A stretch of DNA of 64,000 bases from Octopus sinensis. Taxonomy: Eukaryota. Positions 1 through 12,408 of the stretch are shown in pieces; positions within the stretch are counted from its first letter, which is position 1; every line of letters begins with the position of its first letter. A program made the position numbers and the translations under genes. The stretch covers positions 45,632,001-45,696,000 of the forward strand of contig NC_043006.1 in NCBI RefSeq assembly GCF_006345805.1. Direction: 5' to 3'. A model generated the notes under the pieces. The model was not told the DNA's origin, searched no databases, and was given only the letters and a program-made list of their open reading frames with translations.

Positions 1-212
1 GTTGGATGATTTGACTGAGGACTGGCGAACCAGATGGCTGCACCAGGCTCCAATCTTGATCTGGCAGAGTTTCTACAGTTGGATGCCCTTCCTAACACCA
101 ACCACTCTGAGAGTGTAGTGGGTGCTTTTACATGCCACCGGCATGAGGGCCAGTCATGCGGTATTGGCAACGGCCACGCTCAAATGGTGTTTTTTACGTG
201 CCACCTGCACAG
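1..212 (-). mobile_element. RTE-LINE 3'-end-derived repeat (family D), truncated by window edge
   Basis: Shares CTGGCAGAGTTTCTAC..GGATGCCCTTCCTAAC..CAACCACTC with the 3' UTR of the RTE LINE at 13545-13780. Confidence 0.75.
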
Positions 213-823
213 AGATATTGAGCATGTTTTGGCAAGCTTACGGTAATGAGGCACTGGGTCATACACAATGTTTTGAGTGGCACATTTGCTTCAAACCCAG
301 AAGAATATCCCTGGAAGATGATGAGCAGCCTGGAAGACCTGCCACAAGCATGAACCCTGGAAATGTAGTATTGTGCATTGAGAACATGTCCCACAGGGCC
401 AGACCGTCAATTGAGAGTTCTACTGTGACATTTTGAAGCATTTGCGGAAGGACATCTGAAGAATTGGATTTACGACAACAATGCACCCTGTCACCAAGCC
501 CTCCTTATTCATGAGTTTCTTACCAAAAACAACATGATAATACTTCTACATCTGCCCTATTTGCCAGATTTAGCACCTGCAAACTTCCATCTCTTCCTCA
601 AGACAAAAGTGCAGCTCAAAGGTCACCATTTTAACACTGTTATTGAGATCGACAGATGGTCCTCAACTGGCATACAGACACCACAGATAGTCCTCAGCTG
701 GTTGGGACCGCTGTATTGCTGCATAAGGTGACTATTTCGAAGGAGATGATGTTAGGACTTACATAAAAAAAGTTCCTTTTATTAAACATAGATAGTCTGG
801 GAACCTTTTGATACTACCTTGTA
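213..823 (+). mobile_element. Internally deleted, degenerate mariner transposon
   Basis: Translations AYGNEALGHTQCFEW..LEDDEQPGRP (mariner HTH region) and HLPYLPDLAPANFHLF (YSPDLAP motif); ends in TIR-like GTCTGGGAACCTTTTGATACTACCTTG followed by TA. Confidence 0.85.
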
Positions 824-1244
824 AAATGGGTGTATTCTTGTGAAACACATCCATATATGGAATATGTATGTATGTATGTGTGTGCATATATGTACTTTGG
901 TGTGTGCTATTAAAAAAATCCCTTTGAAATTAGAACCACTCACACACACATGCATGGACACAGATGCAGGCATTCCATATCTGTCTTTTGTTGAAGAACA
1001 ACTTTTAGCCTGTGTTAGTTTGCAATATTGTCACTGGTGCAGCTGTGACCAGGATTTAAAAGAAAAAAAAATAATAAAACCAATACATAGATCCAACACT
1101 TCTACCAAATGAAAATGTATACACAATTTCAAAAAGAACTATTAAATATGCACAGATGCACAACACACACACACACACATACAGAGAGAGAGAAGACTGA
1201 TAAAGAGTTTAGGAATATTTTTAATATTAGACATGTTATTTAAA

Positions 1245-1805
1245 GGCGACGAGCTGGCAGAAACATTAGCACGCCAGGCAATATGCTTTGCGATATTTTG
1301 TCTGCTGTTATGTTCTGAGTTCAAATTCCGCCAAAGTCAACTTTGCCTTTCATCCTTTCGGGGTCGATTAAATAAGTACCAGTTACACACTGGGGTCGAT
1401 ATAATCGACTTAATCCGTTTGTCTGTCCTTGTTCGTCCCCTCGGTGTTTATTCCCTTGTGGGTAGTAAAGAAATAGGTATTTCGCCTGTCGTTACGTTCT
1501 GAGTTCAAATTCCGCCGAGGTCGACTTTGCCTTTCATCCTTTCGGGGTTGATAATTTAAGTACCAGTTATGCACTAGGGTCGATGTAATCACTTTGTCTG
1601 TCCTTGTTTGTCCCCTCTATGTTTAGCCCCTTGTGGGCAATAAAGAAATAAGAAACATTAGCATGCTGGGTGAAATGCTTAGCAGTATTTTGTCTGTCTT
1701 TACGTTCTGAGTTCAAATTCCACCAAGGTAAACTTTGCCTTTCATCCTTTCTAGGATCTTTCCCCCCAAAATTTTAGGCCTTGTACCTAGAGTAGAAAAG
1801 AATGT
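1245..1805 (+). mobile_element. tRNA-derived SINE family B, three tandem modules
   Basis: GAGCTGGCAGAAAC..TTAGC head, GTTCAAATTCC B box, CTTTGCCTTTCATCCTTTCGGGGTCGAT body repeated three times; about 20 related copies in the window. Confidence 0.85.
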
Positions 1806-1940
1806 TAGATGTTATTTTTCTTTAGAATTCATCTCAGTTTAATATTCTGTATTTTTTGTAAAATAGTATGCTATTAATTGCATGGTAATAAGGTAGCATT
1901 GTAACTACATGATTCCGGGTTCAGTCCTTCTGTGCAGCAC

Positions 1941-2405
1941 CTGGCGCTACTAATTTGCATATTGTATGTATCAACAAGTGGAGGCACATGGCCTAGTGGT
2001 TAGGGCAGCGAACTCGCGGTCGAGGGATTGCGAGTTCGAATCTCAGACTGGGCAATGTGTGTGCTTATGAGCAAAACATCTAAGCTCCACGCAACTCCGG
2101 CAGAAGGTAATGGCGAACTTCTGCTGACTCTTTCGCTACAACTTTCTCTCACTCTTTCCTCCTGCATCTTGCAGCTCACCTGTATCGGAAAGAGTAAGAG
2201 AATGTCATGGCGAAAGAGTCAGCAGAAGTTCCCCATTATCTTCTGCAGGAGCTGTATGCAGCTTAGGTGTTTCGCTCATAAACACACACATCGCCTGGTC
2301 TGAGATTTGAACCCGCAATCCCTCGACCATGAGTCCGCTGCCCTAACCACTAGGCCATGTGCCTCCACTTGTTGATACATACAATATGCAAATTAGTAGC
2401 GCCAG
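1941..2405. repeat. 465-bp palindrome made of two tail-to-tail family C SINE copies with perfect 70-bp outer arms
   Basis: 1941-2010 is the exact reverse complement of 2336-2405; inner arms only roughly 80% identical. Confidence 0.9.
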
Positions 2406-2604
2406 TTTTCTGTAGCCACTGTAATTGTTGATTAACAGATCAGTTACTTGTTTGTCTGGAATTGATCAAATTGATGTGGGCGCCTCTGATAAGAATCCAA
2501 TACGATTCAAAAATCAATCAAGGTTGTTCATCATATGAACAAGGTTGTTCAGTCTATGAAGAAACAGCTAAATTAACTCAGTTTATATAGGTACTATGTA
2601 TAAA

Positions 2605-3035
2605 TTTTTTTATTCTTTTACTTGTTTCAGCCATTTGACTGTGGCCATGCTGGAGTACTGCCTTTAGTCGAACAAATTGACCCCAGGACTTATTCTTTGT
2701 AAGCCTAGTACTTATTCTATAGGTTCCTTTTGCCGAACTGCTAAGTTATGGGGGATGTAAACACACCAATATCGGTTGTCAAGCAATTGGGAGTGGGGGA
2801 CAAACACAGACACACACAAAAATATATACATATGCAACGGGCTTCTTTCAGTTTCCATTCAGTGAAACCCATTTTATATCAACACACAAATATATACATA
2901 TATAATGGGCTTCTTTCAGTTTCCGTCTTCCAAATCCACTCACAAGGCTTTGGTTGGTCCAAGGCTATAGTTGAAGACACTTGCCCAAGGTGCCACACAG
3001 TTGTGGTAGACGGAAACTGAAAGAAGCCTGTCGTG
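2605..3035 (-). mobile_element. SINE family A (bipartite, microsatellite-linked), rearranged
   Basis: Reverse complement of CAGTCAAATGACTGAAACAAG 3' half and GGCACCTTGGGCAAGTGTCTTC 5' half; orientation flips at about 3000. Confidence 0.75.
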
Positions 3036-3289
3036 TATATATATATATAAAGATGTATATGGTGTGCTATGAGAATTTATGGAAAGGTTATCCCATAGAA
3101 ACTCAACAAGTATGTTAAAAAATGGAGAAGAGAAGATGCTGAAATATAAAAGAATTTTAATTTTAAAATATAATGAAATACAAAAGAACATCCTAGTACC
3201 AACGTAGCTATAAGGTGTTGTTCAAGAACTCTTCTCTGAGTACACTGTTTCTTGCTTCTTATTGCAAGAGTGGTCATGTGGTAAGAAGG

Positions 3290-3520
3290 CAGTGAGCTGG
3301 CAGAAACGTTAGCATGCTGGGCGAAATGCTTAGCGGTATTTCGCCTGCCGCTACGTTCTGAGTTCAAATTCCACCGAGATCAACTTTGCCTTTCATCCTT
3401 TCAGGGTCGATAAATTAAGTACCAGTTACGCACTGGGGTCGATCTGATCGACTTAATCCATTTGTCTGTCCTTGTTTGTCCCCTCTATGTTTAGCCCCTT
3501 GCAATAAAAAAAATAAGAAG
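3290..3520 (+). mobile_element. SINE family B
   Basis: Full head and body matching 1245-1470. Confidence 0.85.
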
Positions 3521-5299
3521 CTTGCTTACCATGTGGTAAGAAGCTTGCTTACCATGTAGTTAGAAGTTTGCTTAAAATATATAAATATGATGTGTGTTTA
3601 TATGTTTGTGTGTCTGGGCTTGTCCCCCACATCATCACTTGACAACCGATGCTGGTGTGTTTACGTCCCCGTAACGTAGGGGTTTGGCAAAAGAGACCGA
3701 TAGAATAAGTACTAGGTTTACAAAGAATAAGTCCTGTTGTTGATTTGCTTGACTAAAGACAGTGCTCCAGCATGGCTGCAATCAAATGACTGAAACAAGT
3801 AAAAGAATAAAACAGCTAATGAGTTTCTAGAGCTGAAGAAAAATAAAAAAAATATATTCATAGTGTAGGTGAAAATAAGATGGGAGATGGGGTTGTCATG
3901 GGTTGGTTCTGTGAAGGCTAACCTAGGTTATTAAACAGCAACCACTTTCTAAATGCCTTTCTCAAGCCATATGAGGATATATTTGTTGATAAAATGCTAA
4001 ACAGATTACTTGAAAATTTCACTTAAATTGAAAAATATTACCTTCCTGTTTCTCTATCTAATAAATAATACACAATGTAATAAAATATTTTTTAAAAAAA
4101 CATAATAAAACTTAATAGAATCATAATAAAATAAATCATAATAAATAATAGAAAACAAATATTGGTAAAGAAATTTGATCTTTCTAAAGACATTTAGAAA
4201 AATCTGTAAATTAATATTTATGGAATTTCTTTCTGGTGGTATGTGACATGAAGCAAATGGTAAATTCTTGGTAACTATGAATTGATTGTACACTTAAAAT
4301 TTCCTTTTTTCATATGTGTGATTCAGAAGCTTGTATAGGTACTGGCATAGCTGTGTGGTTGAAAAGCTTGCTTTGCAACCAACCACATAGTTTTGGGTTC
4401 AGTCCCACTGTGTGGCACCTTGGACAGGTGTCTTCTACTATAGCCCCAGGCTATAGTGAGTGAATTTGGGAGATGGAAACTATGCTAACAATTATTATGA
4501 TGTTTTCAAATTTTGGCACAAGGTCAGCAATTTAAGTGGGATGGAGTTAGTCGATTACATCAACTCCAATATTTGTCAGGTACTTAATTTTATTGACCCC
4601 CATCAAGGATGAACGGTAGGATTTGAACTCAGAACTTATAGAGACAGAAGAAATGTTGCTAAGCATTTCGACAATTGCACTAATGATTCTACTGACTCGC
4701 CATCAATGAAGACAATTTAAGTTCGGGAGAAGCTTTTGCTTAACGAGGGCATAACGATTAGGGAATTACGATAAAACGCATCCAGTAAATTCTGTAAAGT
4801 AGTTGGTGTTAGAAAACACATCCAGGGGTAGAAAAACTATGTGTGAGACATAATTCCTTGACCCATTTTTGATGGCAGTATTTTTAAAATTTTTTTTTAT
4901 CAGAACTGACTCAGACTTATGCCAGTACAGAAAGCAGGCATATAATGATGATGATGATGATAATGATAATGATGATGATGGTAGTGGTTGTGGTGATGAT
5001 TTTTTTTTTAAGGTTGTAGTTTGTGTTTTTAATTAAAAGTAATGGTAATACAGCAAGTCATTTATAATACATTTACATGTTGATTTGAAGTTTATTATTA
5101 GTTCAGTTGATTTGCAGTGATGTATGACATCAATATGGCGGCATTGTTATTTAAGTATTTAACAATAGGAATTCTGTTACAGTCTCAGTGTTTGGTTCAT
5201 TATTATTATTTCTTTTAAATACTTTGTCCATATTGTTATTTATTTATTTGTTTGTTTGTATTGTTGCTGTTGTTGGTGCTGTCACTGATTTTGTTGTTG

Positions 5300-5358
<59 letters not shown>

Positions 5359-5904
5359 TGGTGTTTATTTAAAGTAGACTTTCTTGTCTGAAATTCGATA
5401 GGAAGGCAATCTTGTGTGAATAGTTCTTTCTGATAGAAAATAAAAAAAGCTTAATGTGGCTGTAATTGATATGCTAAATATTTTGTGGGAAGGGTTGAGA
5501 GCACAGCCTTGAACATTCACCCAAATTTCCAATTCTTTGTTAAAAATATGCATTGTTAGATACAATTCCAGTATTAGCTATCTCATGCATAATACTAAAC
5601 ATAGCTGTTAACAATCCTTATGAACCATTTATCCATGCCAAATGTTTCATTGATCATAAAATTGCATGGCCACAAGACATTTATTAAAAGAAGTTTTATC
5701 TTTGTTTACTCTCAAGTAGGGTGTGGTCATAGGCTTTTAGTAAAAAACCTGCAGCTGTCTCATTAGGAATGTGCTGTATGTGATTTATACCTGTAAAAAT
5801 ACTAATTTCTTTTATTTGATAATAATGATTTCTTGGTTTACACCCATAAAATAAGTCCAGCTCAAGAAACCCATGCCTTATTAGTTATCTTATATAAAAA
5901 AAAA

Positions 5905-6377
5905 AGTACCCTTGAATCGTCGGGCTTGGCACTGCGCTTGAGAATACCTATTGAGTCAAATAAAATCAGTCAAAAAATCAAATCAAAATCAAAATGGAAA
6001 TTGTAGTTGTGGCGATGCCAGTGCCGCCTGACTGGCTCCCTGTGCCAATGGCACATAAAAAACACCATCCGAATGTGGCCAATGCTAGACTCCCCCACAC
6101 CTTCCAGACTGGCTCCTGTGCTGGTGGCACATGAAAACCACCATCTGAATGTAGTTGATGCCAGTGCCGCCTGACTGACTCTGACTCCCATGCCGATGGC
6201 ACATAAAAAGCATCCGCTACACTCTCAGAGTGGTTGGCGTTAGGCAGGGCATCCAGCCGTAGAAGCCTTTTCAGATCAGATTGGAGCCTGGTGCAGCCTC
6301 TTGGCTTGCTAGTCCCCAGTCAGACCGTCCAACCCATACCAGAATAGAAAACGGACACTAAACAATGATGATGATGT
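5905..6377 (+). mobile_element. Family D RTE-tail repeat with internal tandem GTGCC-NNN-GGCAC hairpin units, (GAT)n tail
   Basis: Ends CCGTCCAACCCAT..GAAAACGGACACTAAACAATGATGATG like the LINE tail; homologous to 21120-21572. Confidence 0.75.
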
Positions 6378-6499
6378 CATTCATTTAGGTTTAATTAATA
6401 AAAGGCATTGCAACAAAGATGTTAACTTTCTCATACAAGGAACATACTAAAAGTGAATTGGTTGATCTTCTTCAGATCGAATCACTTTACTCATTTTTT

Positions 6500-6880
6500 T
6501 TACTCTTTTACTTGTTTCAGTCATTTGACTGTGGCTATGCTGGAGCACTGCCTTTAGTCGAGCTCCAGGTCCTATTCTTTGTAAGCCTAGTACTTATTCT
6601 AACGATCTCTTTTGCCGAACCGCTAAGTTACAGGGATGTAACACACCAGCATCAGTTGTCAAGCGATGTTGAGGGGACAAACACAAACACACAAACATAC
6701 ACACGCACATATATACTATGTGCTTCTTTCAGTTTCCATCTACCAAATCCGCTCACAAGGCTTTGGTCAGCCTGAGGCTATAGTAGAAGACACTTGCCCA
6801 AGGTGTCACACAGTGGGACTGAACCCAGAACCATGTGGTTGGTAAGCAAGCTACTTATCACACAGCCACTCCTACACCTT
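6500..6880 (-). mobile_element. SINE family A, near full length
   Basis: Reverse complement of both halves separated by a (CA)/(TA) microsatellite. Confidence 0.85.
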
Positions 6881-7875
6881 GTTAAAATCTGTAGAAGATT
6901 TCCGTTTATATTCACATTTGATTTGATTTCATTTTATATATCCATTTTATTATTTCTGAATAATTTAAGGCAGAATCATCAGCAAGGCTGACAAAATACT
7001 TTGCAGTGCTTCTTCTGGTTCTTTACATCCTGAGTTCAAATTCTGCCAAGGTCGACTTTACCTTTTTTATCTCTTGGAGATCAACTAAAATAGGTACCAG
7101 TCAGGTCCTGAGCCAGTGTAATCAACAAAACCTTCTCCTCTAGAATTGCTGGCCTTGTGTCAAAATTTGAAGCTATTATTTCTGAATAGCTTTTTTTTCT
7201 TGAGTGAAAAACTTGATGTATTCTAGTAATGCAACTGACCTAAAACTGAAGTCTCTGACATGGAAAGACGTATGTGAACATGACTTAAATAGGTGCTATC
7301 ATCTACCTGTTTTCCGATAAAATGCAATATAACCAAACTATTCTCTCTTGTCTGCTTTACTTACAGAGATATGTTACATCATGTTTTTCCACCCTTCACT
7401 GCTTTTTTGGGTTGCATGAAAGAAACAAAAAAAAAAAGAGAAAGAGTAATACAACACGTATGGATTTTCTGCTACACAGTCTATTATTTATTGACCAATA
7501 GAAATAGAGAGAATATATCTATATATCTATATGTGTGTGTGTGTGTATTTATATATATATATATGTATGTATATGAACATCAGAAGTGAAAATAATAGTC
7601 CATTGAATGCATACTATTCTGCAAAATATGTCTTGTTCTTTAATCAATATACAAATGACAATAGGTACTGTCAACTTTGTTAAAATGCAGTGACTCATTA
7701 TTTGTGGTTTGTGTTTTCTTTGATTATTAGTGCATAATAAAATCTTAAAAGTTGATTATCTGTTTATGAAAACATTATTGGTTTTGGCATCTTTTTTGTC
7801 TCACATCGTAAATTATTTTTATTTTTATTTTTCCGGGAGTTTTTTCTGGATTTTTGAATTCCTCTTGGGAACTGA

Positions 7876-8200
7876 GGCGCTCCGAAAGGGGTCTTTAGAG
7901 AGTAGTGTCCCTGCCTTCCTGAGCTAGTTTCCCACCATATTTCTTAAAAACTGTGGTAGAGGCCTTGGTCTTGGGACCACTCATGTCTAGAAACTCAGGT
8001 TGGGGGTAACCAAGGGCATGCCCCCCCCCCCATAGAAAATTCAGCTCCCAAAAAGCCTCATGATAGAATGGACACTAGTGAGCCCAAAAGCTGGGGTGGG
8101 CTGCACTTGCCTACCTCGGTTGCTATGGCAATGAGGTAGATCCGGCCACCCCTGTTAACAGGGACAAAATCCAGATTTAAAACACTGGATGATGATGATG
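7876..8200 (+). mobile_element. (GAT)n-tailed retroposon family E
   Basis: Closely matches 56735-57082 over about 320 bp; both end GATTTAAAACACTGGATGATGAT. Confidence 0.75.
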
Positions 8201-8545
8201 CACTGCACAGTCAATTAAATCATCTTCAGTTCTTGACAAAGGCTTTATTTGGTCAATTTCGGGAGAATTGCAAAGTTAATGTAGTGATATTCGAATCCAG
8301 AATGCAAAGGAAGAGACATGGCTAAATAACAGTTTGAAATGACATTTTATCAACTTCTTTAACATAAAGAATACGTGGTTTAATAACAAATATTGGCACC
8401 AGGCCAGCAATTTCAGGAGAACAGGGATGTTGATTACATCAACCCTCCAGTGTTCAACTGGTACTTATTTTTTTAAAACTCTGGCAGAATTTGAACTCAG
8501 AATGTGAAGACAGACGAAATGCCGCTAAAGGTAGGTTTTTTTCTA

Positions 8546-8603
<58 letters not shown>

Positions 8604-8614
8604 TATATATACAT

Positions 8615-8785
8615 ACATGACGGTCTTCTTTCAGTTTCCGTCTACTGAATATACTCACAAGGCTTTTGGTTGGCCCAAGGCTATAGTAGAAAACACTTGT
8701 CCAAAGTGCCACACAGTGGGACTGAACCCAGATCCATGTGGTTGGGAAGCAAGTGTCTTACCACACAGCCACACTTGCATCTATT
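8615..8785 (-). mobile_element. SINE family A 5' half
   Basis: Matches the reverse complement of the family A head and CORE-like box; abuts (TA)n. Confidence 0.8.
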
Positions 8786-9839
8786 AAACTTTTTTCTCTC
8801 AGCATTCCCTAAATTCGTAACAAGGAAGCGAAATGTTTTAATCTTTACGGTGCAGCCTTCTGGCTTCCCAGATCCCCGGTCAAACTGTCCAACCCATGCT
8901 AGCATGGAGAACGGACGTTAAACGATGGTGATGATGATGATGATGATTCTACCTTGGTATATATTTTTCTGTATTTTACTTCCCTTAGCTAGATTTGTCT
9001 TTCGTGTCACATGAAGTATAACATGAAAAAGAATTATAAAAAAAACAACAAAAACAACAAAGAAAAAAAGGCAACCCTTTGCTCCCACCCCAAAGCAAAC
9101 AAACAAAGACAGCCTAAGTAATTCAACAATTAAGATTTCTTCAAAGGTATTAAGATTTATCCCTTCTCATTTGTAGAATCCTTAAATATTGCCGTAACCC
9201 ACTTGCCCCTACTCCTTACTGTTCCCTAATCTCAGCCTGATACATTGGCAAGGTTAAGTTTTAACCACAGTCAGATCTCTCCCTGCTTTCTCTTCTTATG
9301 TCTTGCTCTTCATTTCTGTCACATATGCACTCATGACTGTCTCTCTTCAATCTCCCACAATGTCTTTTTTTCTGTCTTGTCTAACCTATCTGTCTAACAC
9401 ACCCCTCTTTCTCTCTCTATCTCTCTCTATCCTTCCCCCCTCCCCCAATAAAAATAAGAATAAAGTAAAATAAAGGAGAAAAGAAGAAAAAGCAAATTGT
9501 TTTCTTCTGCTTTCAGCTTTAGTTCTATTCTGCAGGTTGTAACATCAACTTGCTCTTAACTGGTGTGTAGAGAGGACAGAGCTAGTGCTTGTGTGTGTGT
9601 GTGTGTCGGTGTGCTTGTATGTATGTGTATGTTGTGGAAAGAATTGGTTGTGTGTATGTGAAAGAAAGAAAGAAAGAAAGTGAGAGAGAGAGAGGGAGAG
9701 CACTGGTTAGAGAAGAGGAGAGTTTGCCTCTTGCTTAGGTGAAAGCATTGGTACAATCATGTAGGGAGAGGGGATAAGAAAGAAAGAGGGGATACTTTTT
9801 TTTTCTATAAACATAACTGCTGCCTCCCTCTCACAGTCT

Positions 9840-9870
<31 letters not shown>

Positions 9871-10644
9871 TTGCTATTTTTTTTCTTCCACCTGGGATTT
9901 TCAAAACCAATTACCTGAGGGGACTCATTATGGTTTTGAGGAATGCTAACTGCTTGCCACTTATTACTGTTGGTGGTGTGGAGTGGTGGTGGTGATGTGG
10001 ATTGGTCTGCTAGAGAGAGGAAGTAAAAGAAAGGGTATACTTGTGCAGGAGGGTACCCTCTAAAGAGAAAGTATACTTGTACATAGGGGTACTCTGTAGA
10101 CCCTTTCCTGTAATGACCCTTTTTCTGTGTTCATGTGTGTTTGTAAATTTTTCTAATTTTCTTTCTTTGTCTGAAGGTGTTGGATGATGACAAATATAAA
10201 TAAACAATATAAAAACAAATAAACCAATAAATTAAAAAAAAAACTGATTCGTTAATTTCTGTCTCTAATCTCTCTTTTTTTCTATAAACCACCCCCACCA
10301 TCTTGATCTTTGTCTTTTCACCATCTCATGGTTAAGAATGAAAGGTGGTGGCAGTAATGGTGGTGATGATGGTGATGGTGATTGTGATGGTGATGGTGGT
10401 GGCAACTCTTTAAATACTTCTGCTGGGATTACTGTACTGCTAAGACTAATTGCTTCTAATTTAGGCTACGAAGCCCAACAGTTTTTAGTGGAAGGGGTTA
10501 GTCCTTAGTATTGACCCCGGTACTAGACTGGTATTTTATTTTATTTGACACCCCCACCACCAGAGGGATCAAAGAGAAAGTTGAGAGCAAACATCTGTGG
10601 GTTTCGAATTCAGAATACCACCAGGCATTTTTCCACAGCTCTAA

Positions 10645-10815
<171 letters not shown>

Positions 10816-11234
10816 TGGTAGTTTGGATCTATAGTCTTGGAATCAAATTTTTCCTTTCTGATTTTGAGAAGCCTAATTTCTCAAGATTGGTCCCTAGGCA
10901 GTATATTAAATGTATGTGTGTAGATGTGTATGTGTGTGTGTGTGTCTGTACATATCCTGCCATCCATTCAGTTGAAGGTTATATTTGTAAAGAGCTTGGT
11001 GTGTGTGCCTATAATGGTGGTGACATGAAGAGTTTTGGGAGTTTCTTTGATGAAACTCTAATCATAATTTGCTACACAAACTTCTTCCAGCCAATATTGT
11101 GCTACAATGCAGGAGTGTATTTGAACCTACGTAGTTTATATAATAGCCTATTTTACAGTGTAATCTATATTCTAACTTCTATTGGTAAAATTTTAAAGCT
11201 GAGACAAAATATCTTTGACTGTCCCTTTAAGGTA

Positions 11235-11751
11235 TTAGGTTGAGGAAAAATTTTGTGCGCCATGTTAAAATAATGCTTTTTTTAAGTATATTTTTGTGGT
11301 GTGTGTTCATTCAGTTCATGTCATGTTCAATGGTAACTCAATGTGTTCGTCAAAAATGTGCTTTGTTTCAACAAGATAATGCAAAACCACATATTGCCAG
11401 AAAGACCAGCAACATGATTGAAGAATTGGACAGTGTGGAAGTTCTGCCACATCCCTCCTATAGTCCAGATGTTGCTCCATCTGACTATGGTCTCTTCTGA
11501 TCAATGCAGTACTTTATGAAAGGACGCCGATTTGAGTCATTTGATGAAGTTAAAGAAGCCTGTCAAGAAGTTTTCATTTCAAAGCCGAAGGATTGTTGCT
11601 TTGACCAAATCCGAAAGCTTGCAGATCGTTGGCAGAAGGTTGTGGAAAATGATGGTCTTTATTTTGAAGAATAGTTGTTGTTTTTGAATAAATTCTTGTA
11701 TAAAAATAATCATTATTTTAACATGGCACACAAACTTTTTTCTCAACCTAG
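11235..11751 (+). mobile_element. Internally deleted mariner element with both TIRs and TA target duplication
   Basis: TIR TTAGGTTGAGGAAAAATTTTGTGCGCCATGTTAAAATAATG versus its near complement at 11711-11751; TA at 11233-34 and 11752-53; translation QQDNAKPH..HPSYSPDVAPSDYGLF*..RWQKVVENDGLYFEE. Confidence 0.92.
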
Positions 11752-12139
11752 TATTATGTGACTGTATGGTGTTATATCCTTATAAAACTGAAGAACGTGA
11801 GAAATGTTAGAAAAAATACAAAAATTGGGTAAAGAAACATGGATCATATTTGTCATGTTGGTAGTATTGTCATTATCTTTTAATATTATCTTTTAATTAA
11901 TCCTCTCTTGCATGAGTCAGATAGAGTTTATTGAGGCAAGTTTTGTAGTTGGATACCCTTCCAGTTGCCAACCCTCACCTGTTTCCAAGGAAGATAATAG
12001 TTATCCATGGCCAGACATGTTTTTCATGCAAGCCTGGAAACAAACAACACTGCTTGTGTGATGATGATGATGATGATGGTCATTTACAACCATTACATGA
12101 TGTCTTGACAAAGATACACACACACACACATGTGACTGC

Positions 12140-12331
12140 GTGTATATCGTTAGCGATTTTCTTTCTCTGTCTTCCCTTCCTTGTACTTTTCCATTTTTCT
12201 AAATTTCTGACAAAGAGCTCTGCTCGAAACATTAAATCCTTCTTCTTTCTTTCTTTTCCTGAGCGTCCAATAACACTATACTTGTTCCACGTCCTTGCGT
12301 CGTTGTGTTTTCTCTTTGTTCATGTTTGGAT

Positions 12332-12340
<9 letters not shown>
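12140..12340 (+). mobile_element. Penelope-like repeat remnant with decayed minimal hammerhead
   Basis: ATTT-CTGACAA-A-GAGC-TCT-GCTC-GAAA-CATT-AAAT at 12203-12237; downstream TTTCCTGAGCGTCCAATAA..CCACGTCC also seen at about 36885-36935 and (reverse) 39060-39170. Confidence 0.65.
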
Positions 12341-12369
<29 letters not shown>

Positions 12370-12408
12370 AATTAGTAAATAAATGGCACAACTAAGTACC
12401 GATATTTA

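Noticed and set aside
1979-2050. tRNA-like sequences here and at other SINE heads as tRNA genes
   Set aside because: A/B boxes are present but acceptor stems are incomplete and each continues into a repeat body
5905-6230. Regularly spaced repeats with variable spacers (CRISPR-like)
   Set aside because: Spacers are homologous to each other, the array is internal to a retroposon, the context is eukaryotic and there are no cas genes
10040-10105. Degenerate duplication of about 35 bp (AAAGTATACTTGT..GGTAC)
   Set aside because: Only two diverged units; ordinary local duplication with no further support
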